This document shows, one piece after another, positions 20,331 through 29,995 of a DNA stretch of 64,000 nt. The position numbers and the translations under genes were made by a program. How positions within the stretch are numbered: position 1 is the first letter of the stretch; each line of letters starts with the position of its first letter. The notes below the pieces were generated by a model. That model made no database searches. It was not told the origin of the DNA and saw nothing but the letters and a program-made list of their open reading frames with translations. The DNA is from Candidatus Thorarchaeota archaeon (GTDB taxonomy: Archaea; Asgardarchaeota; Thorarchaeia; Thorarchaeales; Thorarchaeaceae): contig JAWOEX010000039.1 of the NCBI GenBank assembly GCA_046482545.1, positions 128,001 to 192,000 on the forward strand. The letters run 5' to 3'.

Positions 20331-20453
20331 TTGATTCAACCTGCCTGTATGAATATTGCTTTCTAATGATTTAGCAAGAAGAGGGATTCTTCGTGATTAG
20401 TATCTCCTAAAGAAAACACATGCCTTATCAAGCGAGATTCTCGAGTAATCATA

Positions 20454-21122
20454 GTGATTTCCATGGATGATAAGGAAGACATCTCGGTTTCAGCACCCGA
20501 AGAGTGGATGGGGGGTTGGAACAGACACTATGGTGATTTGCTTGAAAGCCAAGATGAACAACTCCTTGACTTCGTGCCCCCTCATCCAATAACCCGCCTT
20601 CAACACGCGTTTAAAATTGAAGAAATCGATGCTGAAGAAATTGAAGCTTTGGAGCTTGCATGCGGAGATGGCAAATCCACATGTACCCTGGCAAAATGGG
20701 GAGCATCAGTAACTGCAATGGACGCACTCGATTCTGCGGTCAAACTTTCAAAGAAACGTGCCAAAATTGTCGGTGTGTCCGATCGCATCAGATTTTTGAA
20801 GGGAGACATAGACTCATGGCCGATTGGAAGCAGCAGCTATAATGTTATTGTAGCAATCCAAATCCTTCAGTACCTCTTCGAGAGAGCGATACCAAGACTT
20901 CAAGAAATAAAGAATGGTGTACGGCCTGGAGGCTTCTTGGTATACTCTGGCAATGTCGAACCGCACTTTGAGACGGATCCCGAAATCCGATTTATCACAG
21001 AGACAGAGCTCACAGAAATATTAGAAGGCTGGAAGATTCACAGTATCGGAAAAGAAGAGGTCCTCATTAGAGAAGAAGACCGGAGGGGCTACATTTGGGT
21101 TGTAGCCCAGAAGCCCCTTTGA
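20454..21122 (+). CDS. Class I SAM-dependent methyltransferase (TehB-like)
   Basis: ALELACGDG, VTAMD, GDI and RPGG. Confidence 0.85.
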   Translation: MISMDDKEDISVSAPEEWMGGWNRHYGDLLESQDEQLLDFVPPHPITRLQHAFKIEEIDAEEIEALELACGDGKSTCTLAKWGASVTAMDALDSAVKLSKKRAKIVGVSDRIRFLKGDIDSWPIGSSSYNVIVAIQILQYLFERAIPRLQEIKNGVRPGGFLVYSGNVEPHFETDPEIRFITETELTEILEGWKIHSIGKEEVLIREEDRRGYIWVVAQKPL

Positions 21123-21129
21123 TATTCTG

Positions 21130-21648
21130 TTAACGGTTGTCTTGGAAAAACATCATGTCGACAACTATGGCTGCAGTCACACCATGAAGCCAGTCCATGT
21201 ACTCTCCAACTGTGACTCTGAATTCATCCCGTACACTAATGACTTTTTTATCCAGCTTAAGGGCGAAATGCCCTAAACTACTGTAGCCTTCAAAGCCCCA
21301 ACCCAAGATTCCGCCGTCAGCTTTGATTACCTCATCACGATAGAGGATTTTAAATTTCTTGCCAAAGGAAAACCAAGGCCGCTCAATAGCACCGACGACC
21401 TCACCAGATGGTTCTATAAGTTCGAATTTCTTCTTGAAAAAACCGCTCTTCGCGGTGAGTAGCCTGTTTTCGTTTGGATCTTCGATGTTGATGGTAGATC
21501 TCAGAAAACTCATCCATGTCTGACGACCAATGGCGACCTTCTTATCGGTGGCTTCCTCGTAAATCTCATAAACTGGTCTCAGCGATATGATCTTCTGTTT
21601 GACTCTGAACTGTCTCTGTTCTGTGGGTGTTCCAGTGTCAGTCTCCAA
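21130..21648 (-). CDS. LURP-one-related / scramblase (Tubby-C-like) protein
   Basis: F.VKQK..S, KK..S.RD.F and a C-terminal AIVVD helix. Confidence 0.75.
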   Translation of the reverse strand: METDTGTPTEQRQFRVKQKIISLRPVYEIYEEATDKKVAIGRQTWMSFLRSTINIEDPNENRLLTAKSGFFKKKFELIEPSGEVVGAIERPWFSFGKKFKILYRDEVIKADGGILGWGFEGYSSLGHFALKLDKKVISVRDEFRVTVGEYMDWLHGVTAAIVVDMMFFQDNR

Positions 21649-21709
21649 TGTACCTACTTCCTTGGATACCCTTTTGTTTCGTTCCTAATAAACAAGATTT
21701 GCACAGATA

Positions 21710-22375
21710 TCAAGAGGTCCTCTTCACTGCAAAAGTAATTCCATCGCCAATTGGGATGATGGTGCTCTCCAAATCTCGGGAATGTGCAACTTTCTTATTG
21801 AAGGTATGTATTGATTCCATCCTAGCATCCCAATTCTCTCTATCTTGGCGCAATGGAATAAAAGCATCGTCAGCTAAGAAGAGTCCTCCAGGCTTCAAGA
21901 CCCTGATGCATTCATCTAATAGGAGAGGGTATAGTGTTTTGTCAGCATCTTGAAAAACTACATCAAAGGTTTCAGACTCAAATTCGGTAATCAGTTCGGA
22001 GGCATCACCGATTCTCACTTCGATAGAATCCTCCAATCCAAGCCTTTCAAAATTCTTTCGAGCAAATTCAACAATATCAGAATCTATCTCTAGACTTGTA
22101 ACATGGCCACCATGAGGTTTGATGGCATTTGCAATTGAGGATGTTGAAAAGCCGATACTCATGCCTATCTCAAGAACATGCTGAGCGCTTACAAGATGCA
22201 ATACAACTCTGAAGAAATCCGCCACCTCGTCTTCTATCACTGGTACAAAGTCATCTGTGAGTGTTCGATCTATGTATTCCTGATGTCTGGGTCGCGGAGT
22301 GTCTGCATAAATCCGTGATATGTAATCTAGTGACTTAGAATAATCCATGCAATCTAATCCCGTAGTCTCTGACAT
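21710..22375 (-). CDS. O-methyltransferase (Methyltransf_3 / caffeoyl-CoA OMT-like)
   Basis: VLEIGMSIGFS, FDVVFQDADK..Y, LKPGG..LADD and PIGDG. Start set to ATG 22375. Confidence 0.88.
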   Translation of the reverse strand: MSETTGLDCMDYSKSLDYISRIYADTPRPRHQEYIDRTLTDDFVPVIEDEVADFFRVVLHLVSAQHVLEIGMSIGFSTSSIANAIKPHGGHVTSLEIDSDIVEFARKNFERLGLEDSIEVRIGDASELITEFESETFDVVFQDADKTLYPLLLDECIRVLKPGGLFLADDAFIPLRQDRENWDARMESIHTFNKKVAHSRDLESTIIPIGDGITFAVKRTS

Positions 22376-22559
22376 GGACACTTCTGTACAAAACCGTTTG
22401 CCTTGTATAGAAGATTGAGCAGCCGCGTTCATGCAATTGCTGAAAATGAGCAAAAGCATTAGTGACTGGACTAGAGTTATCCACAAGAAGGATGCAGTAG
22501 CCACAAGGCAACGAAGAATGGACAGTAACTTCGCTGCCCTGTGATACTGTCTGTTCCAA

Positions 22560-23624
22560 TTACTTCTCGTAGAAGTATTTCCCTTCGGAGTAGATTACCT
22601 CATCTCCTGCCAGCACTTTTCCTTGCTTCATGTTTTTTATCATATCAACATGTACGGCACTGTCATTAGTCCCATTACAGTCCTTGTATGCTCTACCCAA
22701 AGCGCAATGCACAGTATCGCCTATCTTCTCGTCGAAGAGCATGTTGAGCGTATACTCCTTAATGCCACGATTTGTTCCGATAGCCATCTCACCAAGATAG
22801 CGAGAGCCTTCGTCCGTATTGATGATAGACTCCAGTACTTCTTCGTTCTTTTCCGCCGAGTAATCAACAACTTCACCGCTTTCGAAGACAAGCCTTACGC
22901 CTTCGATAACCTTGCCCTGCTGCATAAACGGAATATCGAAGTAAATCGTGCCTTCAACGGTATCTTCGACAGGTGCAGTGAAAACCTCTCCACTTGGCAT
23001 GTTATGTTTTCCATCGGATGCTACCCAGATTCGTCCTTCGGTTGAGGCTTGGAGATCTGTCTCGGGTCCTACAAATCGGACATCATCGTGTCGTTCCAGA
23101 TGCTCTTTCATGAGATACATATTCTCACTTGCTTGTTCCCAATCGATGAGTGTAGCATTGTATACGAAGGTCTGGTACTCGTCTAGGCTCATATTGGCTT
23201 GTTGAGCCAATGTTCGGCACGGATGGACGGTCCCGCACCATCGCTTATCCATGATGATATCGCTTAGCTCTTTGCGTGTCTTGCGGGAAATCATTTGTCT
23301 TTTCGGATCAACATTGGCCATAGCTTTGGTGTTTACTGGCGAGCTGACACCGATGAATACGTCTGCAGCTTCAACCGCAGCTTTCTGGTGCTTTGGGAAG
23401 ATTTTCAGTGTCTCGTCCGATGCTCCGTCAAAGAAGGCTCTGGAGGCCTCTTCGCTTGACATCAAAACCATTGGAACTGCGCCTGCCTTGGCTATTTCGC
23501 GGTTTAGTGCGACAACCAAATCATGGGCATCAGGGTGCGCTCGGATTATTACCATGTCGCCTTCTTGGACTTCGGTAGACCATTCGACAAGAATTTGTGC
23601 ATGTTTCTCAATTCTCGAATCCAT
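22560..23624 (-). CDS. Aminopeptidase, M29 family (AmpT/PepS)
   Basis: NMPSGEVFTAP, LGEMAIG, LFDEKI..T.H.ALG.AY and SAVHVD. Confidence 0.93.
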   Translation of the reverse strand: MDSRIEKHAQILVEWSTEVQEGDMVIIRAHPDAHDLVVALNREIAKAGAVPMVLMSSEEASRAFFDGASDETLKIFPKHQKAAVEAADVFIGVSSPVNTKAMANVDPKRQMISRKTRKELSDIIMDKRWCGTVHPCRTLAQQANMSLDEYQTFVYNATLIDWEQASENMYLMKEHLERHDDVRFVGPETDLQASTEGRIWVASDGKHNMPSGEVFTAPVEDTVEGTIYFDIPFMQQGKVIEGVRLVFESGEVVDYSAEKNEEVLESIINTDEGSRYLGEMAIGTNRGIKEYTLNMLFDEKIGDTVHCALGRAYKDCNGTNDSAVHVDMIKNMKQGKVLAGDEVIYSEGKYFYEK

Positions 23625-23759
23625 AGAATATCACAACAAATAGAATCTGAGAATATGCAGGTGATATAGATTCCGAATGCAGCGACAACATATTGAATCT
23701 CAAACTAAAGAGTCATACAAACAGGGATACAAATGGGGTTTCCAACTATTGGCACCTGA

Positions 23760-24279
23760 AGACTCGGGAAGTTGGTATATCAGCTGTGTAGATGGCTCGT
23801 TGAGCACCGGTGGGGTTTATCTTGTTATGGTGGCCTTTACTGATACGACTAATCTATAGACGAATTTTCCGTGGGTATTTTATGCGTTCTTTGAGATAGT
23901 GGTTGTGACTGCTATTCTCAGGTTCGTGGGCAAAGGCTGGAGACTTGACTCGCATAGAAAGGATGAATTCATCAAGGTTGACACTAGTTTACTTCGGAGC
24001 GTTGTTGTCAATGACGAATGAATCATTTTCGGGCCACCTCAATCAACATTAGGTGAGGCGTGACGTGCAGACTTGTCTTTCGAGACTATCAAAGAGGAGG
24101 GCAAGTGAATTATCGAGAACACACAAAGCAATGATATCACTCGAAAACGGTTGTCGGACTATGACGGGATTGCCATAATCGTGGCGAAATACGGTTCGGA
24201 ATGCACCCGAAACTATCACATCGAGAGTAGGTCTTACTCCTCGATAGAAGACAGCGTCGAATTCTATGGTTGCTCATGA
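23760..24279 (+). pseudogene. Decayed tandem paralog of the 24343-24849 gene
   Basis: One frame with stops at 23857 (TAG), 24019, 24061 and 24106 (TGA). FIKVDTSLLRSVVV, FETIKEEGK*II and SNDITRKRLSDY align to FTEVDTSQLHRVVI, FERIDKKSNWVI and GNDITDKKLSDY. Confidence 0.8.
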
Positions 24280-24342
24280 ACCACTCTCATGAAACAGCAC
24301 TTTTGCAGTTAAAACATAAAAGCAGAAATGTCGGAAATGTAA

Positions 24343-24849
24343 GTGTACGTAGGAGGTCCAAGAATATTGGATTACGAGTCAATTAAGAATCTTGCCAAGC
24401 TCTTTGTGTCAGCGTTTGTTGTTACCGTAATGTTCATCTTACTCTATCCGTTCCTAGGGCCATATCTATTGTTCTCGAGCTTGATGAATACCCCATTGGG
24501 GTTGTTTGTGATGGCTTTCACTACTGCGCTGGTGGCAGTCACACTTTTCTCCTATGCGAACAGCCGAATTGGTGCTGCTGATCAAAGAGACCGTAGTTTC
24601 ACCGAGGTTGATACTTCTCAATTGCACAGAGTAGTTATTGATAACCTCACCGGTGAAGAAAAAGTAATCTCGGGGAGTCAAGATGTAACATTTCGATCGG
24701 CAGCTCAGAAAAACTGGCCTTTTGAAAGAATAGACAAAAAATCAAACTGGGTAATCGTAGATGAGCGTGGAAACGATATTACGGATAAGAAACTAAGCGA
24801 TTATCATGAAATCACCAGAATACAACTGAAACATGAAACCAGTGGGTAG
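24343..24849 (+). CDS. Hypothetical protein with two N-terminal TM helices and a soluble domain
   Basis: 168-aa ORF with hydrophobic segments. The adjacent decayed paralog supports a real gene family. Confidence 0.75.
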   Translation: MYVGGPRILDYESIKNLAKLFVSAFVVTVMFILLYPFLGPYLLFSSLMNTPLGLFVMAFTTALVAVTLFSYANSRIGAADQRDRSFTEVDTSQLHRVVIDNLTGEEKVISGSQDVTFRSAAQKNWPFERIDKKSNWVIVDERGNDITDKKLSDYHEITRIQLKHETSG

Positions 24850-24908
24850 TGAGGGTAGCACAAAGGCACTGGAAGTCGGTTCATAGATATACCCGAAATT
24901 GTGGATTT

Positions 24909-25556
24909 CTAGCCGCACTGCCTTGACCGTTCAAGCAAGTTCCTGACTTCTTCGTCAGTGGTCTGCGAGAAGTCTTCATACCAAGCCCCGACTCCAAAGA
25001 AAGGAGATGGTGTAACAAGACTAACTGTATCATCAACCATTGAGTCGAGTTCCCTTAGAGTGTCAGGAGGTGCCGTTCCCACAGCTACCACCAAACGTTT
25101 TGCACCAGCTTGCTTCAATCCTTTGACTGCAGCCCGCATAGTAGCCCCAGTAGCCATTCCATCATCAGCAAGAATTATCGTCTTGTCCTCAATGTCAGCC
25201 TCGAGTAGGGCGCTCCCATACTGTTTCTGGCGTCTTTCAAGCTCTTTCTGTTCCTTCTGGACTACTTGCTCGATGCTCTCTTGTGTGAGATCCGCCCGGT
25301 GTACCATATCTTGGTTGATGGTCTTTATTCCACCCGAAGCAATAGCTCCGAATGCGACCTCTTGGTTGTATGGCAAGCCAAGTTTCCGCACAATTAAGAC
25401 ATCTAACGGAGCATCCAAGCTTTCAGCTATCTCATACGCGACTGGAACGCCGCCTCTGGGAAGTCCCAAAACCATCACATCGTTTTGGTCCTCGTATTCA
25501 GCAAGTTCCTTGGCCAGCTTTCTGCCTCCTTCACGGCGGTCTTCAAAGCGATTCAT
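24909..25556 (-). CDS. Type I phosphoribosyltransferase family protein
   Basis: F.DR.E.G..LA, GLPRGGVPVA, PRPP loop ILADDGMATGAT and YEDFSQTTDEEV. Confidence 0.9.
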   Translation of the reverse strand: MNRFEDRREGGRKLAKELAEYEDQNDVMVLGLPRGGVPVAYEIAESLDAPLDVLIVRKLGLPYNQEVAFGAIASGGIKTINQDMVHRADLTQESIEQVVQKEQKELERRQKQYGSALLEADIEDKTIILADDGMATGATMRAAVKGLKQAGAKRLVVAVGTAPPDTLRELDSMVDDTVSLVTPSPFFGVGAWYEDFSQTTDEEVRNLLERSRQCG

Positions 25557-25767
25557 GGCCCATCATTCTCTTGACGAGCTTTCTTCCTCTCCTGATTTAT
25601 TCTTAGGTTTGGTAATTCTATTGGGTTGAAAAGGCGAAAAGTAGAGCGTTGGAAGAAGCTCAAATCCCTCTCAAGTCCATTTTCCAGCGGTAGGGTGTTC
25701 AAAATCCTCTGGAAAATCGACTCGCCAGTCACTATAAGAAGACTGGAGGGAATCAGTGCTACGTGCG

Positions 25768-26016
25768 TTATTCTACGAGAAATACCTCATCATGCTTGCG
25801 TACACGGTTCTTTACTTTGATAGCTATCTCTTGACCTGGCTTACCTGTCTCAATTGGGTCACGGTCGACTTCCATCGAGTCGATTTTCTGCTCGAAATCT
25901 GTAGTATGACCTTTGATTCTGACTGTGTCACCCACGTTCAACTCATCTTCAAGCATGATTGCGGCAACGTCTATATTCGTGAAATAATGTGTGATTTCTC
26001 CAACTTTTCTCTCCAT
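25768..26016 (-). CDS. Small translation-factor-like beta-barrel protein (EF-Tu domain II-like)
   Basis: VGEITHYF..I.VA, L.VGD.VRIKGHTTDFEQ..SME and G.EIAIKV..RVR..D.V. Confidence 0.8.
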   Translation of the reverse strand: MERKVGEITHYFTNIDVAAIMLEDELNVGDTVRIKGHTTDFEQKIDSMEVDRDPIETGKPGQEIAIKVKNRVRKHDEVFLVE

Positions 26017-26086
26017 GATTTTCATCCACACTCCATAGGTGGTTCCTACCTAGAAAAAGTCTTTGTGTTGCACAAAAACTGATTTT

Positions 26087-27082
26087 CTATCTAGGTTTTA
26101 CAAATCCACGCCACTCAACCATATCTTCAACAGTAGATACCAAGCCCCATTTGGAACGGTACCCGAGCTCTTCACGGATTTTGCTATCGTCAATGATGTA
26201 CTCCGAACCAAACATCTTTGCCCTGAAAGCAGTTAGGAGAGGAGCATTGTCTCGCCCAAACGCTCGATACAGTGACCCCAAAAATCCCCCCACAGTCTTG
26301 GCCAGTCCATATGGAATCTCCCTAAATGATGGTTCGACATCAACTTCCTCTGCTATCGCTTCCATGAGCTTTCTGAACTCACAGGTAAATGACGTTACGT
26401 TGAATGCTTCATTTCTGGCTGACTCGAAATTCTCTGCGGCCACAACAAGACCACGCGCGACATCCTCTGCATGAACGAAACTCTGTTCATTGCTCCCGTC
26501 GCCAAAAACGACCATGCTCCCCTCTTCAATCCGCTCAATAAACTGCGGACCCGTGAACAGGTCTCCTTCACCGAGAACAACAGGGGGTCTGATCATCGCC
26601 GCTTCAATACCATAATCAGCCACGTATCGGCGAATCAATTCCTCTGAAGCCAGCTTGGACTCTTGATATGCGTTGGCTGGATTCTTTTCCCAATCTTCCG
26701 TGATAGGCTCAGAAGTCTCCGGAAACCCATATACCGCGGTAGAGGAAGTATGCAATAAGCGAGGGATGTCCTTTCGACGAATCACTTCGAGTATGTTCTC
26801 TGTTCCACCAACATTGACCGGAAAGAAATGCTCCTTGTCTCCCCAATCGGCCATGATGGCGGCGTTATGAAACAACCACTCTGTTGAATCCGGAATACCT
26901 TCCAGAAGGGTGTCCAAGTCAGTAACATCGCCCACAGTCGTTTCATATTCAAGGCCGTCCAAGAGATTTAGGCTTGAATCCTCTCTGATGAGGATGCGAA
27001 CGTTGTGTCGATTTTGTCTGAGTTGTTTGACGATGTGATGCCCGATGAAGCCGGTAGCCCCGGTAACAAAGCAATCAGCCAT
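26087..27082 (-). CDS. NAD-dependent epimerase / 3-beta-HSD-like extended SDR
   Basis: TGATGFIG, HNAA, SSTAVYG, YQESK and HAEDVA. Confidence 0.9.
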   Translation of the reverse strand: MADCFVTGATGFIGHHIVKQLRQNRHNVRILIREDSSLNLLDGLEYETTVGDVTDLDTLLEGIPDSTEWLFHNAAIMADWGDKEHFFPVNVGGTENILEVIRRKDIPRLLHTSSTAVYGFPETSEPITEDWEKNPANAYQESKLASEELIRRYVADYGIEAAMIRPPVVLGEGDLFTGPQFIERIEEGSMVVFGDGSNEQSFVHAEDVARGLVVAAENFESARNEAFNVTSFTCEFRKLMEAIAEEVDVEPSFREIPYGLAKTVGGFLGSLYRAFGRDNAPLLTAFRAKMFGSEYIIDDSKIREELGYRSKWGLVSTVEDMVEWRGFVKPR

Positions 27083-27179
27083 TGATATTCATTGAAATAA
27101 CGAAACACCGCATCTTAGGTCTTTCGAACACAAGGTATAATGGGTAGTAGTAAGCGATAGGAATAAACTAGGTGATAAG

Positions 27180-27512
27180 ATGACTTCGAAAGTTTTAGTG
27201 ATAATAGCAAGCTCAAATGCCGATACTGCTCTGGCAGGAATGATGTACGCACGCAATGCGATTGCTCACAAATGGCTGGATGATGTCAAGGTCGTATTCT
27301 TCGGCCCATCCGAAGAGCTGCTGGCTTCCAATGAGCAGGTTGCCAAGTCTGCAGCCGCTCTTGCTGATGTTTCTGAACCACTTGCCTGCAAGTATATCTC
27401 CGACCAGCAAGAAGTATCTGAGGATATTACTGGATTGGGAGTAGGTGTCGAGTATGTAGGCACGGTCGTCTCGGATTTCATCAAGCAGGGATATACTCCT
27501 ATGGTTTGGTAG
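27180..27512 (+). CDS. DsrE-like family protein
   Basis: V.VVFFGPSE, a single Cys in LACK and GY.PMVW. Confidence 0.75.
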   Translation: MTSKVLVIIASSNADTALAGMMYARNAIAHKWLDDVKVVFFGPSEELLASNEQVAKSAAALADVSEPLACKYISDQQEVSEDITGLGVGVEYVGTVVSDFIKQGYTPMVW

Positions 27513-27657
27513 TAGCAGTTCTGCGATCAATAGGCGAATTTCAACCTCATTTGGAAGCTACAACATGAGACATCAGGCATGAGGGCTTTGTCTTTCTCCT
27601 CAATCCCGCTCCACATGTTCTTCTTCAAACATGTTCAATATTTCGCCTTTGGAGCTA

Positions 27658-29082
27658 CTAGTGATGGTGATGTTCATGACCACCAAGCGGAGCTAGACTG
27701 CCGGCGGCCCGCTGAACGACCTCCGAAAGCGCTGGATGAATGTGAATGGCTCGCAGCAAAGGTACGAAACTCTCATTCTGTGTATACATAAGATTGGCAA
27801 TTTCTTGGATGAGTACAGGAGCATGGGGTCCGATAATGCTAGCTCCAAGCAACCTACCTGATTCTTGATCTGCTATGATTCGAACAAAGCCCTCTGGATT
27901 GCCCATAGCCATGCCTTTTGCGGTATCGATGTAGGGCGCCTTGCCAACAAGCAATTCATGGTCGGATTCCTTGGCTTCCCTCAATGTCATGCCAACTGTA
28001 GCAATTTGTGGGTCGGAGAAGACGGCTTTAGGTACTGCGTGATAGTCGGCAGGAACAAGTTCTTCGTCACTAACATCCGGGTCATTGATTGACTTGACCA
28101 TGTTGTGCCAGACCATTTGTGATTCATCATTGGCCATATGACGGAACATGTGCTTGCCAATGGCGTCTCCAAATGCCCAGATTCGTTCCTTTGAGGTGTG
28201 GAAGTAATCATCTACGATTATCCATCCGTTCTCGTCCGTGTCCACACCGGTATTCTCCGGCTTTAGCAGATCCGAGTTCGAACGACGACCCGTCGCAATC
28301 AGTATTTCCTCAGCTTCAAATTCTAGCTCTTTCCCGATCTCCCGATTCTTGGCAATTGCTTTTTTGAGATTGCCTGACTCTTCAGCATGCACTACTTCAT
28401 GGTTAGTATACACATGCATACGCTTGGACAGCTCAGACTTCAATAAATCAGAAACATCATGATCTTCATCAGGTACAAGATAGGGATTCCTTCCTAGGAT
28501 GGTCACATCGGTTCCAACAGCAGAGAAGAAATGTCCAAATTCAGCTGCTATGTAACCGCCCCCCACAATAATCAATGAATCAGGTTTCTCCGTAATCTCT
28601 AGAATGGTCTTACTGGTATGGTAGTTGATATCATCAATTCCATCTATGGGAGGTATGAGGGGTCTGGCCCCACTGGCTAATACGATGTGCTCGGCTCGAA
28701 TCTTCTCACTGCCAACCTGCATCGTGTAGTCGTCAATGAACTCGCCGGTCTTATTGTAGAAATCGTAGTTCTCGGTTTGAGCAACAGATTTCTCAATTTG
28801 CTCAGAATCACCCCATGTCTCTTCGTGCATTCGCTCCATCAAACCCTGAAAATTGACCTCATCAACGCTCGCCTTCAGGTTAATGTCTTCGGACTTCTCG
28901 ATTCTCCTGATAGTATCAGCAACATACACGAGAATCTTCGTGGGTATGCAACCCCGATTTAGACAGGTACCACCAAATCTTCCGTTGTCAATAATAGCAA
29001 CAGACAGACCCTGTTGATATGCAGGTGCTGCCACATTTGCTCCAGCTCCAGATCCGACTACTAACAAATCGTAGCGCTTCAT
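27658..29082 (-). CDS. Class I pyridine nucleotide-disulfide oxidoreductase (dihydrolipoamide dehydrogenase/mycothione reductase-like)
   Basis: VGSGAG, GGTCLNRGCIPTK, GGGYIAAE, ATGR, GD and HPALSE, ending GGHEHHHH. Start at ATG 29082. Confidence 0.9.
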   Translation of the reverse strand: MKRYDLLVVGSGAGANVAAPAYQQGLSVAIIDNGRFGGTCLNRGCIPTKILVYVADTIRRIEKSEDINLKASVDEVNFQGLMERMHEETWGDSEQIEKSVAQTENYDFYNKTGEFIDDYTMQVGSEKIRAEHIVLASGARPLIPPIDGIDDINYHTSKTILEITEKPDSLIIVGGGYIAAEFGHFFSAVGTDVTILGRNPYLVPDEDHDVSDLLKSELSKRMHVYTNHEVVHAEESGNLKKAIAKNREIGKELEFEAEEILIATGRRSNSDLLKPENTGVDTDENGWIIVDDYFHTSKERIWAFGDAIGKHMFRHMANDESQMVWHNMVKSINDPDVSDEELVPADYHAVPKAVFSDPQIATVGMTLREAKESDHELLVGKAPYIDTAKGMAMGNPEGFVRIIADQESGRLLGASIIGPHAPVLIQEIANLMYTQNESFVPLLRAIHIHPALSEVVQRAAGSLAPLGGHEHHHH

Positions 29083-29204
29083 GATTGTTAAGTTTCTGAA
29101 TTGTATGATAAAGATAGTGGTCTGGAAAACGGAAACCTCACCTATGCCAATGTTTTTCACCACAAATTACAGGTTATTAAATATAGTTAAGAGAGGTGTT
29201 CATA

Positions 29205-29447
29205 ATGGAAGTAATCGAAAAAAGAGTTGCACAAGACAAAAACACGGTTATGAAAGAAGCCAAGGATTTCTTTGAAGGAAGACTAGGTCTCTCTCTTCGT
29301 GATGAAATTGAAAATTGCTGTCTTGAATTCAATACAGACCTTGGATTCATCAACGTTCAGGTAAATGAACGAAACGGGAAAACAGCAGTCACGCTTCGAA
29401 GCAGGGAATACGAAAGACAAGCTAGAGAGTTCCTCGACACTCTATAG
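29205..29447 (+). CDS. Small hypothetical protein with a vicinal Cys pair
   Basis: SD-like GAGGTG before ATG 29205 and a TTAAATA box upstream. Contains ENCCLEF. Confidence 0.65.
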   Translation: MEVIEKRVAQDKNTVMKEAKDFFEGRLGLSLRDEIENCCLEFNTDLGFINVQVNERNGKTAVTLRSREYERQAREFLDTL

Positions 29448-29567
29448 AGAATAAGGGGGTAATTTTCCCAATTTCAGTTGCCTCAATACGGATTGTATGT
29501 GTAATAGAATACCACAGAAAAACTATGAGCTGAGTTGAAACTAACTCCGGCTGTGATTGAATTTTGC

Positions 29568-29925
29568 ATGGCGTGCAGGACAGGAGGTTTTTTGGTCATT
29601 TGCATGCTTGCCCTGGTAGTCATGCCTCGCGGTACCTCTTCTGCTTCAATGACAACAGAATCAATCAAACAATGACTCTTTTTGGATAAGAGTGTATTTG
29701 ATTATCCTCACAATTACCATGGCCTGATAGAGGGTCTACTGGATGATGAAATCCAAGTTGTTGATGACGTAATACAATAGAGTGTCCTACCTGAATTAAG
29801 GGAAGCCGAGAACACCAAAACAGCTGAAATCCTCAGAGATGGCTATGGATATCTCAGCATCAACTGTGCAAAATATCCATTCCACATAACCGCATTCAGG
29901 AAGACTTTCGCATTTGCAATTGACA
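29568..29925 (+). pseudogene. 5' remnant of an ABC peptide substrate-binding protein (family 5)
   Basis: Signal-peptide-like start, TGA 29673, LFLDKSVFD...LLDDEIQVV, TAG 29778, then GYGYLSINCAKYPFHITAFRKTFAFAID, matching the SBP_bac_5 N...PF....R.A...AID motif. Confidence 0.7.
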
Positions 29926-29995
29926 GTCATACTCTCTGCAGTGGTCATCCTCCGACTTACATCAGCAAAAGGGATAGAAAAATCTTAGATTGCGC

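Noticed and set aside
19866-24279. Sec/Pyl or alternative-code read-through of in-frame TGA/TAG
   Set aside because: The flavodoxin relic also contains TAA, the relics carry degraded motifs, the TGAs are not at Cys positions where alignable, and intact genes terminate with all three stops.
24958-25629. Long antisense ORFs (this 223-aa one, 38224-38952 and 14210-14785)
   Set aside because: They are shadow frames of well-supported genes on the opposite strand.
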